A program made the translations under genes and the position numbers. Below the pieces are notes generated by a model, which saw nothing but the letters and a program-made list of their open reading frames with translations, had not been told where the DNA came from and did no database searches. This document shows, one piece after another, positions 56,169 to 64,000 of a DNA stretch of 64,000 bases. Source of the DNA: a candidate division WWE3 bacterium (GTDB lineage: Bacteria > Patescibacteriota > WWE3 > 2-01-FULL-39-13); the NCBI GenBank assembly GCA_943354835.1, contig CALRDH010000001.1:191298-255297 (forward strand). Reading direction: 5' to 3'. Every line of letters begins with the position of its first letter. The stretch's first letter is position 1.

Positions 56169-57421
56169 AACAAAAATATTCTAGCATTTTGGGTTTTAAT
56201 CGCACAAATTAGAGGGAAGTATTTTGAATAGCCATTTATTTCACAATCATAATTGTTCCATGGATTTTGATATCCAATTATTGATATTAAAATTGTTATC
56301 GCATAAATAAAACCAATCAAGGCGATTAATATTTTCGAATTTTTAAATTTGGATAATAGATTATTAATATTTTCGACGCTTAGTATATAAAGTAGTGGAA
56401 TTAGTGGCAGAAATCTTCGTGGGCCAAAGGAAGATCCTCCGTAGTTTTTTTGCATAAATGTATTGAGTAATATATAGCCCAAAGTTATTGCAATTATTAA
56501 TATCCATTTTTTATCAAATCGTTTAACAAAAAGTGAAAATAGAAGTATCGGTTGATATAAAAATAAACCGTATGTTCCGAACGTGTAGTTGAAAAAGCGT
56601 ATTAGTATTGGATCGTCTAGAAGTTCGAATCCAGTTTTATTATAAAGCCATTTTGAATTCTCGTATGATAAATAGATGCTTGGAAACAATTGTGGCGGAA
56701 GTAGCGTTTTAAATTGAATGTAATTCAAAACAAAATGGAAGATCGTTATTGGTAAGCTCGATAATAATATTATTAGTAGATTTTTTATTTTTAAATTATT
56801 TTTGTGTGTAAATATGTACCAACATAAAGTCACAGGTATAACAATCGCACCGCTTGTAATATCAATCGCAAGAATCAGCGAAAGTAAAACACCAATTGCT
56901 AAAGATGTTGTGACGTTTTGTTTTTTTTGAATTAAAAAATAAAAAAGAAGAAGATGGACCGCAGTTTCAAGTATGTGATTAGTTAAAAATTGAGAGTATG
57001 AAAATATCAATGTTCCGAAAATTAAAAATAATGAATGTTTTAAATTAAGGATTTTCCTTGAAGTTATAAAAATTATTAAGATCGGAATTATATTAGTTAG
57101 AAATGTGGAAAGTTTGTATATAGCAACTTGGTTTTGTATAAGTGCCGGTTTTATTTGGAAAACGAATTTAATAAAGTTTCCTGTTACGAAATTTAAAAAC
57201 GGGGGCTTTGATGAATAACTTTTTCCTTCATATACTACTCTATCGCCGATCTTACTGTAAGGTGTATCGTCTATATTAAGTTTTGAACTTTGCACGATCG
57301 ACATTATTCCTGCAAGTCTTGATGCGTCATTGTCTGATATTGGATGTGAAGGAATTCTTATGAAAAAAAATATTAGGATAAAGATTGAAAAAAATAGTGT
57401 TGTCAAATTTATTTTTAGCAT
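56165..57421 (-). CDS. GT-C-fold polytopic membrane protein, paralog 5
   Basis: 418 aa with 11+ TM helices; first gene of the minus-strand operon that ends with ApbE and the ferric-reductase-like protein. Confidence 0.4.
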   Translation of the reverse strand: MLKINLTTLFFSIFILIFFFIRIPSHPISDNDASRLAGIMSIVQSSKLNIDDTPYSKIGDRVVYEGKSYSSKPPFLNFVTGNFIKFVFQIKPALIQNQVAIYKLSTFLTNIIPILIIFITSRKILNLKHSLFLIFGTLIFSYSQFLTNHILETAVHLLLFYFLIQKKQNVTTSLAIGVLLSLILAIDITSGAIVIPVTLCWYIFTHKNNLKIKNLLIILLSSLPITIFHFVLNYIQFKTLLPPQLFPSIYLSYENSKWLYNKTGFELLDDPILIRFFNYTFGTYGLFLYQPILLFSLFVKRFDKKWILIIAITLGYILLNTFMQKNYGGSSFGPRRFLPLIPLLYILSVENINNLLSKFKNSKILIALIGFIYAITILISIIGYQNPWNNYDCEINGYSKYFPLICAIKTQNARIFLL

Positions 57422-57440
57422 GTTACATGTTACATTGTAG

Positions 57441-59063
57441 TTGATATTTCTTATGTATAAAACATTTAAATCTGGACGGTTTCATTACTTTATTCTTATT
57501 TCTTTTTTATTAATCGCTCTTTTTTTTAGGTTTTATAATCTTGGATATTCTGATTTTCAAGGGGATGAAGCGAAAATTTTTTTATATAGAACATTAGATC
57601 AGGATTTTATTTCAACTTTATTTACAAATTCCAAGGGTCCGGGGCAATATATCGTTGTTTATCTGATGGATAAAATATATGGGATTATCGGCGGAGGTTT
57701 TGACCAAGAACCTTTTTTTAGAATTCCATTTGCTTTAGTCGGGGGAGGTTCCGTCTGGCTTTTTTATAGACTTGGAAAATTATTTGGCGGCAAGAATGCA
57801 GGCTTGTATGCCTGCATTCTTGCCAGTTTAAATGGATTTTTCATTGCTTTTTCTCGGATTGTTCAATACCAATCTTTCAATATCCTTTTGTCCTTAATAT
57901 CATCTATATTTTTTATAATTTATCTGAAAAATAAATCTAAAAAACACTTGTTTGTATCCGGGTTTGTGTCAGCAATTGGTTTCCTTTTCCATTATGACGC
58001 GATTTTTTACATCGTTCCTCAATGCATAATCCTACTTCTTTCTCTAAATCGAGAAACTTTAATTAGAAATATTTCAGCTTATATTTTTGGTTTATCATTT
58101 GTTCTAGTTTTCTTTTTGCCTTATATATTTAGTAGTTCATTTTATTCAACTATAAATTACATTTTGAACGAAAGGTCAATTGGCTTTTTTAGTTACGATT
58201 CCATTTATTATGGTTTTAAATTGATATCAATATATTTCCCTAAGGAATTTGTAATTTCAATTGGTCTAGTTTTATGTTTATCGTTTATTTTTTGGTATAA
58301 AACACACCGAGACAAATTGGTTTTGATATTACTTTTTTTAATCACAGCTTTAATTATTGCCAGATATATTAATGTTGAGCCACGGAGAATTCTAATTTTC
58401 CCATCAACATTTTTAGCAGTATTTGCAATTATTATTTTTCTAATGAAAAAATTAAAAGTTTCATTAATAGATAGCTACTTGTTTCTATGGGTCAGTATTT
58501 CTTTCGTAGTTTTCTTCTTATTTTTAAACAAACCGTTAACTCATATCTACAATGTTTTTATTCCATTAACTTTTGTTGTTGCAATTAATTTTGATAGATT
58601 AAAGTATCATTTAACAAAAATTATTGGGCTGTCGTTGGTAACTCTTGCATTAATATCATTCAATTATCAAGCTTATATTGAAAACGGCTCGGAATATCCA
58701 TGGAGTAAAAAAACATACCTATTTGGCGATATGTATAGTGGGATTTCAGAAGGTGAGATAGTTCGAGGGATCTTTGGTTTTCCATATTATAGGAATTTAA
58801 ATAATCTAGGCATGTCAGTTTCATCAATTATTCAAAAAAATGAAAAGCCTATTTTATACTCAAACATTAAGGACTCAAGGCTTAAGTTTTATGTTGACGC
58901 GAAATATCCTGCTAATGGAAGTAATGAAATTCCTGTGTATGTAGAAATTAAAAACTCTATTGACTATGAAGGCAATTATCCACCAAAGGATTTGATTTTA
59001 GAAAAAGTTTTGGAGACGACATGGTATTCTGTTTATAGAGGAAAGTTTTATGTCTTTTATTAA
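57441..59063 (+). CDS. GT-C-fold glycosyltransferase (PMT_2/ArnT-like), paralog 6
   Basis: YNLGYSDFQGDEAKIFLY (DE motif in the first periplasmic loop), 12+ TM helices, C-terminal soluble domain. Confidence 0.5.
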   Translation: MIFLMYKTFKSGRFHYFILISFLLIALFFRFYNLGYSDFQGDEAKIFLYRTLDQDFISTLFTNSKGPGQYIVVYLMDKIYGIIGGGFDQEPFFRIPFALVGGGSVWLFYRLGKLFGGKNAGLYACILASLNGFFIAFSRIVQYQSFNILLSLISSIFFIIYLKNKSKKHLFVSGFVSAIGFLFHYDAIFYIVPQCIILLLSLNRETLIRNISAYIFGLSFVLVFFLPYIFSSSFYSTINYILNERSIGFFSYDSIYYGFKLISIYFPKEFVISIGLVLCLSFIFWYKTHRDKLVLILLFLITALIIARYINVEPRRILIFPSTFLAVFAIIIFLMKKLKVSLIDSYLFLWVSISFVVFFLFLNKPLTHIYNVFIPLTFVVAINFDRLKYHLTKIIGLSLVTLALISFNYQAYIENGSEYPWSKKTYLFGDMYSGISEGEIVRGIFGFPYYRNLNNLGMSVSSIIQKNEKPILYSNIKDSRLKFYVDAKYPANGSNEIPVYVEIKNSIDYEGNYPPKDLILEKVLETTWYSVYRGKFYVFY

Positions 59064-59244
59064 GAATTTTATTTTAGGACCGATGAAGTGTCCGACATGT
59101 AAAGGTAAGGGTGTTGTTAAGTGTAAGAAGTGTGGTGGTAAAGGTGCTTTGGGTTGGCCAGCAAAATTAGATTGTAAACAATGTAAAACTTCTGGTGATG
59201 TTAAGTGTGTGAACTGCAAAGGCAAGGGCTACGTTAATAGATAG
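59050..59244 (+). CDS. Small DnaJ-CR-type zinc-finger protein (4x CxxCxGxG)
   Basis: CPTCKGKG, CKKCGGKG, CKQCKTSG and CVNCKGKG in 64 aa; overlaps the upstream gene end by 14 nt. Confidence 0.5.
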   Translation: MSFIKNFILGPMKCPTCKGKGVVKCKKCGGKGALGWPAKLDCKQCKTSGDVKCVNCKGKGYVNR

Positions 59245-59269
59245 TTTTTTATTATGCTAAGATTCTGAC

Positions 59270-59977
59270 ATGGAATTTATAGAGGCTGACTACGAAAATA
59301 TTCATTTTAGAATTGAAGAAGCTAGGTATAAGTTTTCTCCCGAAGAGTTAGCAGAAGCTAAATTAATTTGGGATAAAAAGGTTTCAGAAAATCCTAGAAT
59401 TTTTAACGGACAAGCATTTGCTGGATACGGATATGACTTAATAGATGGAAAACATATAATAACTGTTACTGATGTCCTTTATGATAAATTTATTTGGAAC
59501 AGGGAAACAGGTAGAAGTCTTCCCGGATTTTCGTCTTTGGTAGTTGGTGTTGTTCTTCATAAAGACGGGAAAGTATATTTACCAATTCGTGGAGGAACTA
59601 CATATTTTTCAGGTAGATTACATCCAGTTCTAGGTGGCGTCGACTATGATGAAAGCATTAGCGGTCAAGATCTTGGTTACTACATTAAAAGCATAGGTTT
59701 TAAAGAGTTGGAAGAGGAGGTTGGATTAGATAATTCAATTTCCTTGGATGATTTGCAATTTTGGGGATTTTTGTACGATGCAAAACTAGAACGTTTCGAT
59801 ATGATTTTTTTATGTGAATGCGAAATTAAATCGCTTACAAACTGGGAGAATTCAGGGGTTGGTGTTTTTACACGCGCTGAGTTTGAGGAAAAACTAAAAG
59901 CTGAACCAGACGCATTTTTGCCAACTCAACAAGCTCTATTTCCTGCGATTCTAAAAGAAGACAAAATTTGGGAATAA
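59270..59977 (+). CDS. Hypothetical protein, degenerate Nudix-like
   Basis: GGVDYDESISGQDLGYYIKSIGFKELEEEVGL loosely resembles the Nudix box (Gx5Ex7REUxEExGU) but with K for R and altered spacing. Confidence 0.3.
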   Translation: MEFIEADYENIHFRIEEARYKFSPEELAEAKLIWDKKVSENPRIFNGQAFAGYGYDLIDGKHIITVTDVLYDKFIWNRETGRSLPGFSSLVVGVVLHKDGKVYLPIRGGTTYFSGRLHPVLGGVDYDESISGQDLGYYIKSIGFKELEEEVGLDNSISLDDLQFWGFLYDAKLERFDMIFLCECEIKSLTNWENSGVGVFTRAEFEEKLKAEPDAFLPTQQALFPAILKEDKIWE

Positions 59978-59999
59978 AAATCTATGTCAAATCTCCAAA

Positions 60000-60012
60000 A
60001 AGGGCTACCCTT
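60000..60012. terminator. 13-nt hairpin motif AAGGGCTACCCTT between a gene 3' end and the tRNA-Trp 3' end (T-run on the minus strand)
   Basis: On the minus strand the tRNA-Trp CCA is followed by TAAATAAGGGTAGCCCTTTTTGG. Confidence 0.35.
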
Positions 60013-60017
60013 ATTTA

Positions 60018-60092
60018 TGGCAGGCGGGGTGGGGCTCGAACCCACAGTCCGGGTTTTGGAGACCCGTGGTTTGCCAATTAACCGACCCGCCT
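60018..60092 (-). tRNA. tRNA-Trp (anticodon CCA)
   Basis: Minus-strand sequence AGGCGGGTCGGTTAATTGGCAAACCACGGGTCTCCAAAACCCGGACTGTGGGTTCGAGCCCCACCCCGCCTGCCA has anticodon loop CTCCAAA and discriminator G73. Confidence 0.85.
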
Positions 60093-60164
60093 ATGGTGCC
60101 TTCTAATATGCTACATTTATTATAGCAAGAAAAGAATTTTAAAACCTTTAGGAGGTGATTCTGA

Positions 60165-60401
60165 ATGAAAGAAATACATATGTTGACCTTTACAATGGTC
60201 ATTGTCGGTGCCTTGAACTGGGGATTGGTTGGAGCTTTGGATATTAACTTGGTAAATATGCTATTTGGAGGATTTGCCTCACTAGAAACTGTAATTTACC
60301 TACTTGTTGGAGTTTCAGCAATCGCTGAAGTAATAATGCACGCGAATTGTTGCAAATGGTGTGCAGTGGAGCATTCCAAGTCCAAGAAGAGTAAGAAGTG
60401 A
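60165..60401 (+). CDS. DUF378-family small membrane protein
   Basis: MLTFTMVIVGALNWGLVGALDINLVNMLFGGFASLETVIYLLVGVSA matches the DUF378 (GGLNWGLVG) signature; RBS GGAGGTG 7 nt upstream. Confidence 0.6.
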   Translation: MKEIHMLTFTMVIVGALNWGLVGALDINLVNMLFGGFASLETVIYLLVGVSAIAEVIMHANCCKWCAVEHSKSKKSKK

Positions 60402-60422
60402 TAAGGCTTGTGTTAATAAAAT

Positions 60423-61646
60423 ATGTTTTCTCTGCCATTTTCTAAAAAATCAGGTCTTCTGTATATAAGAAGAGACAAAGCGCAACTTTATATAGTTGGA
60501 TCATCTTCCTCAATTGAGGTTGTTTTTGATCCTGCCGTATTTCAAAACCTTGAAGTAAAAGATAAAGACGCTTTTGGATCTTCCATAAAAGAAATTATCC
60601 AAAAAAAAATTTCAAAAAATATTTCGATTTTGATCGTGCTTTCAAGTGACATTGTTTTCAGAAAGGATATGCCAAAAATTTCAGGTGGAGAGCTAGATCA
60701 AGAAATAAATAAATTTATAGATGCAATTCCTATGGATAACGAGAGCCTTGATTATAGGATTATGCCAGTAGAAACTGGCGTCGCGGTAGTTGCGACAAAT
60801 TCTGTAATCTATAACATCGCCCGCGACGCCGTAGAATCTTTAGGTTGTAGTGTAATTGCTATTGTTCCATCAGCTTTTTTTGGGGTTACGACAAGCGATA
60901 TCACGCTTAACGTATTTGCTCAAATTGCAAAAGCTAACGTTTCATTTGGTGAAACAGATTTTATGCGAAAAGGTCCACACGGTAAGATTGTAACTAATCC
61001 AATTTCTATTATGAATAAAGACCGCCCAACACCTACTGTTTCATCTATTTCAAGTTTGTCTCAAGCTTCTACGACTGCAGGTTCCGCTTTTGGTAGCCCA
61101 TCTGGAGTTGTTGAAGTTAAGTCGACTATTAGTAAGAAATCAGTTTTTCTTGTGATTTTAGCGATAGCTTTATTTGGAACTTCAGGTTTTTTGATTAAGA
61201 AATATTATCTGGATGACAAAAATTCAAAAGTAACTGATCAGCCAAAGTTAGAAATGGAAGTTTTGTCAGCTCCCGTTGCTGAAACTTCAGTAGAAGCTCC
61301 GGTTGTAGTCGAGGAAGAAATTACCGAAACTCCTGTTGCCTCAAAAGTTGAAAAATCAGATTTACGATTTAATATTTTAAATTCCACAAAAGTTTCTGGA
61401 CTTGCATCAAAAGCAAAAGACGCAATTTCAAAACTTGGATATTCCAAGTTCGAAGTTGGAAATTCCACGGAAGTTTTGACAAATGTTCAGATAATTTTGT
61501 ATAAAGAAATTCCAGAGGAATATTTGACGGAAATTTCGGAATCAATTAAAGAAACTTTTAAAGTAGATGAAGTTGATGTTAAGGAAGATTTTAAAGAGAC
61601 CTTCGATTTTGACATACAAATAACTCTTGCCGGTATTGCAAAATAA
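60423..61646 (+). CDS. Membrane protein with C-terminal LytR_C domain
   Basis: Central TM helix (SVFLVILAIALFGTSGFLI), then the C-terminal LRFNILNSTKVSGLASKAKDAISKLGYSKFEVGNSTEVLTNVQIILYKE typical of LytR_C. Confidence 0.45.
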   Translation: MFSLPFSKKSGLLYIRRDKAQLYIVGSSSSIEVVFDPAVFQNLEVKDKDAFGSSIKEIIQKKISKNISILIVLSSDIVFRKDMPKISGGELDQEINKFIDAIPMDNESLDYRIMPVETGVAVVATNSVIYNIARDAVESLGCSVIAIVPSAFFGVTTSDITLNVFAQIAKANVSFGETDFMRKGPHGKIVTNPISIMNKDRPTPTVSSISSLSQASTTAGSAFGSPSGVVEVKSTISKKSVFLVILAIALFGTSGFLIKKYYLDDKNSKVTDQPKLEMEVLSAPVAETSVEAPVVVEEEITETPVASKVEKSDLRFNILNSTKVSGLASKAKDAISKLGYSKFEVGNSTEVLTNVQIILYKEIPEEYLTEISESIKETFKVDEVDVKEDFKETFDFDIQITLAGIAK

Positions 61647-61775
61647 TGCATACCGTTGTGTTTTTATTTAGATTGATATATAATCAGCGCAGTTTAGTTG
61701 AGATTCCTTTAAGAGCCTCGTATGGAACTTCGAAGTGAATTCTTTAGATATAGAACTTTCAGGGGGTGAATTTAA

Positions 61776-62045
61776 TTGAATAGATTGTACGTAGGCAATT
61801 TAGCCTATTCAGTAACCGGAGACGTATTAGCTCAGCTTTTCGCTGCAGCTGGTACAGTTTTAAACGCTGATGTTATATTCGACAGACAAACCAACCGATC
61901 AAAAGGATTTGGATTTGTTGAAATGAGTACTGACGACGAAGCCAAAAAAGCCATTGAAATGTTTAATGGAAAAGAGCAAGACGGAAGATCATTAGTCGTA
62001 AACGAAGCAAGACCAAAAGCCCCAGCTACCAACAACAGGTACTAA
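61776..62045 (+). CDS. RRM-type RNA-binding protein
   Basis: RNP-2 LYVGNL and RNP-1 KGFGFVEM in 89 aa; RBS AGGGGGTG upstream. Confidence 0.75.
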   Translation: MNRLYVGNLAYSVTGDVLAQLFAAAGTVLNADVIFDRQTNRSKGFGFVEMSTDDEAKKAIEMFNGKEQDGRSLVVNEARPKAPATNNRY

Positions 62046-62084
62046 GCTTTAGGTTTCAGAACTTTTAAGTTTTGAAAAAGAATC

Positions 62085-62115
62085 GGCGGTCGCGAAAGCG
62101 ACCGCCTTTTTTTTT
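62085..62115 (+). terminator. Rho-independent terminator GGCGGTCGC-GAAA-GCGACCGCC plus T9
   Basis: 9-bp GC-rich stem, GNRA loop and 9 consecutive T, located 40 nt after the RRM gene stop. Confidence 0.65.
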
Positions 62116-62181
62116 GCCTTTTTTATCTTATATTTCAGAATGTGTAGTCATATAGTATACTTCCGTCAACGGAGGTTTATT

Positions 62182-63135
62182 ATGAAAGTATTAGTAACTG
62201 GTGCCGCAGGATTTATCGGCTCACACTTGTCTGAACGTTTATTATCGATGGGTCATGAAGTTGTCGGAATTGATTCATTTACAGATTATTATCCAAGGGT
62301 CTTAAAGGATCTAAATGCAAAAAGCATAAGGGTTGCTGGGGCCAAATTATTTGAAATGGATTTAGTCGGTACAGATCTTAGCGAGGCTGTTGATGGTGTA
62401 AATTATATTTATCATTTAGCCGCTCAACCTGGAATATCAAGTAAGGTCCCTTTTGAGAATTTCGTAAGAAATAACGTTTATGCTACGCAGAATATTTTAG
62501 AAGCCGCACTAACTTCAAATACCTTAAAATGTTTTGTTAACATAGGAACGTCATCAATATATGGAGCTCATGCTACTGACACTGAAGATGCAGCACCAAA
62601 ACCAACTTCATACTATGGTGTTACGAAGCTTGCATCCGAGCAACTCGTTTTAGCATATAACAGAGATAAAGGCCTTCCAGCCTGTTCTTTTAGACCATTT
62701 TCAGTATATGGAGAAAGGGAGCGTCCTGAAAAACTTTATCCAAAACTAATAAAAAGTATTCTTGAAGGAACAGATTTTACTTTATTTGAAGGTAGTGAAA
62801 AACATGTTCGAAGTTACACTTATGTAGGCGATATAATTGATGGATTAGTTTCAGTGATTGATAATATTGATGTGTGTAATGGGCAAATATTTAATCTTGG
62901 GACTGATAAGACTATAACAACTGGCGATGGAATTTCAATTATAGAAAAAGCTTTAGGAATGAAAGCCAAGATAGTTGTCGTTCCAAAACGCCCAGGAGAT
63001 CAACTTGAAACTAGTGCGAATATATTAAAAGCAAGAAAGTTGTTGAATTATAACCCGCAAACGTTAGTTCAAGACGGTTTAACTCGTGAGGCGAACTGGT
63101 ATAAGCAAGAAATATTTGGAAAAATTATCTTATAA
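62182..63135 (+). CDS. NAD-dependent sugar epimerase/dehydratase (SDR family, UDP-glucose 4-epimerase-like)
   Basis: MKVLVTGAAGFIGSHL (GxxGxxG Rossmann) and YxxxK (YGVTKLASE); the track ORF starts 14 codons upstream. Confidence 0.8.
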   Translation: MKVLVTGAAGFIGSHLSERLLSMGHEVVGIDSFTDYYPRVLKDLNAKSIRVAGAKLFEMDLVGTDLSEAVDGVNYIYHLAAQPGISSKVPFENFVRNNVYATQNILEAALTSNTLKCFVNIGTSSIYGAHATDTEDAAPKPTSYYGVTKLASEQLVLAYNRDKGLPACSFRPFSVYGERERPEKLYPKLIKSILEGTDFTLFEGSEKHVRSYTYVGDIIDGLVSVIDNIDVCNGQIFNLGTDKTITTGDGISIIEKALGMKAKIVVVPKRPGDQLETSANILKARKLLNYNPQTLVQDGLTREANWYKQEIFGKIIL

Positions 63136-64000
63136 ATGAATAACAAAGAAATAAAAACGGAAAACTGGGATCCACTTGATCAAGTCACATCAAATGTTAA
63201 GGATGTTTCACGCCTTATTAAGAGGAAGTCTGATAATGGCAAGGTTTCAATTGTTATACCTTGTTATAACGAGTCAGGAAATATTGGTAAAACAATAGAT
63301 GCTTTGTTGGAAGAAGAAAAGAAGTCTGGCTATAAATTTGAAATAATTCCCGTTGACGATGGAAGCAAGGATGACACTTGGAATATTATTGCAGATTATT
63401 CAAAAAAACACTCACAGGTTATTGGTATTCAACAGTTAGGTAATTTTGGTCAATCACAGGCTTACCAAGCTGGTTTTGATATAGCAACTGGAGATTATGT
63501 TTTGATTTGTTCTGCCGACCTTGAAACTCCACTTGAAAATATAAATAGAATTATTGATTATTTAGATTCTGGTTATGATTTTGTTAATACAAATCGAGTT
63601 GGTAGATGGGGCGGAGATCGCGCTGTTAAAAGTGGTTATGCAAATAGAATAATAAAGAAAATTTCAGGAATGGATATTCAAGACAGAGGCAGTGGAATGA
63701 AAGGCATGATTGCACCTTTAGCTCAAAATCTAAAATTTTATGGTGATATGCATCGATTTATTCCTGATTATGTTAGCGTTTACGGCGCACGAATTGTTGA
63801 ATTTTCAACAAAATTTCAAGATAGAGAGTTTGGAGTATCCGCATATAAAGGTCATAAAAGAACTGTAAAAGTTCTTCTTGATTTAACAACTTTGATGTTC
63901 ATGCTTTATTTTGCCAAAAAGCCACACACGATGATGCCTGGAAGACTTTTTGGTTTTACGGGAGCCATCATGGCCGTTTTAGGTGGATTAATTTCATTCC
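63136..64000 (+). CDS. GT2 glycosyltransferase, polyprenyl-phosphate sugar synthase-like (DPM1/ArnC-like); C-terminus beyond window
   Basis: VSIVIPCYNESGNIGKTIDAL...IIPVDDGSKDDTW...LICSADLETP are GT2 DxD-type motifs, and the C-terminal hydrophobic segment is typical of DPM1/GtrB-like enzymes. The ATG follows the upstream stop directly. Confidence 0.75.
   Translation, partial: MNNKEIKTENWDPLDQVTSNVKDVSRLIKRKSDNGKVSIVIPCYNESGNIGKTIDALLEEEKKSGYKFEIIPVDDGSKDDTWNIIADYSKKHSQVIGIQQLGNFGQSQAYQAGFDIATGDYVLICSADLETPLENINRIIDYLDSGYDFVNTNRVGRWGGDRAVKSGYANRIIKKISGMDIQDRGSGMKGMIAPLAQNLKFYGDMHRFIPDYVSVYGARIVEFSTKFQDREFGVSAYKGHKRTVKVLLDLTTLMFMLYFAKKPHTMMPGRLFGFTGAIMAVLGGLISF

Noticed and set aside
62046-62080. 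AAACTTAAAAGTTCTGAAACC imperfect palindrome after the RRM gene
   Set aside because: It is weak and AT-rich, and is immediately followed by the much stronger GC-rich terminator at 62085-62115, which explains termination.

Overview
AT-rich bacterial window, roughly one-third GC by eye, with short genes and many polytopic membrane proteins, which is consistent with a reduced-genome (possibly CPR/Patescibacteria-like) organism. Standard genetic code is used: TGA, TAA and TAG all serve as stops. Recognisable core genes are groES-groEL (end partial), nusA-infB, rpsO-pnp, trpS, gdhA, dnaG-rpoD, a tyrosine recombinase and 11 tRNAs. A large share of coding capacity goes to envelope glycoconjugate synthesis: six paralogous GT-C membrane proteins, a UbiA DPPR-synthase-like prenyltransferase, a PAP2 phosphatase, a WecA/MraY-like transferase, two GT2 enzymes, a sugar nucleotidyltransferase and an NAD-dependent epimerase. 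Accessory content includes three PIN-based type II toxin-antitoxin pairs, each with a palindromic or direct-repeat operator; one pair lies between tRNA-Cys and a duplicated tRNA 3'-half-like repeat. There are two GC-enriched lipoprotein-like genes driven by paralogous near-consensus promoters with a shared leader motif, two long perfect GC-rich palindromes (one inside the TatD CDS, one forming the core of a divergent promoter pair), and a 13-nt hairpin motif recurring four times at gene or tRNA 3' ends. Also present are a tRNA-Ile with a UAU anticodon, a possible structured ncRNA (RNase P-like motifs, unconfirmed), a TIKI/TraB-like gene split by an in-frame TAA, and an ApbE flavin transferase with a ferric-reductase-like membrane protein. 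No CRISPR array was seen.
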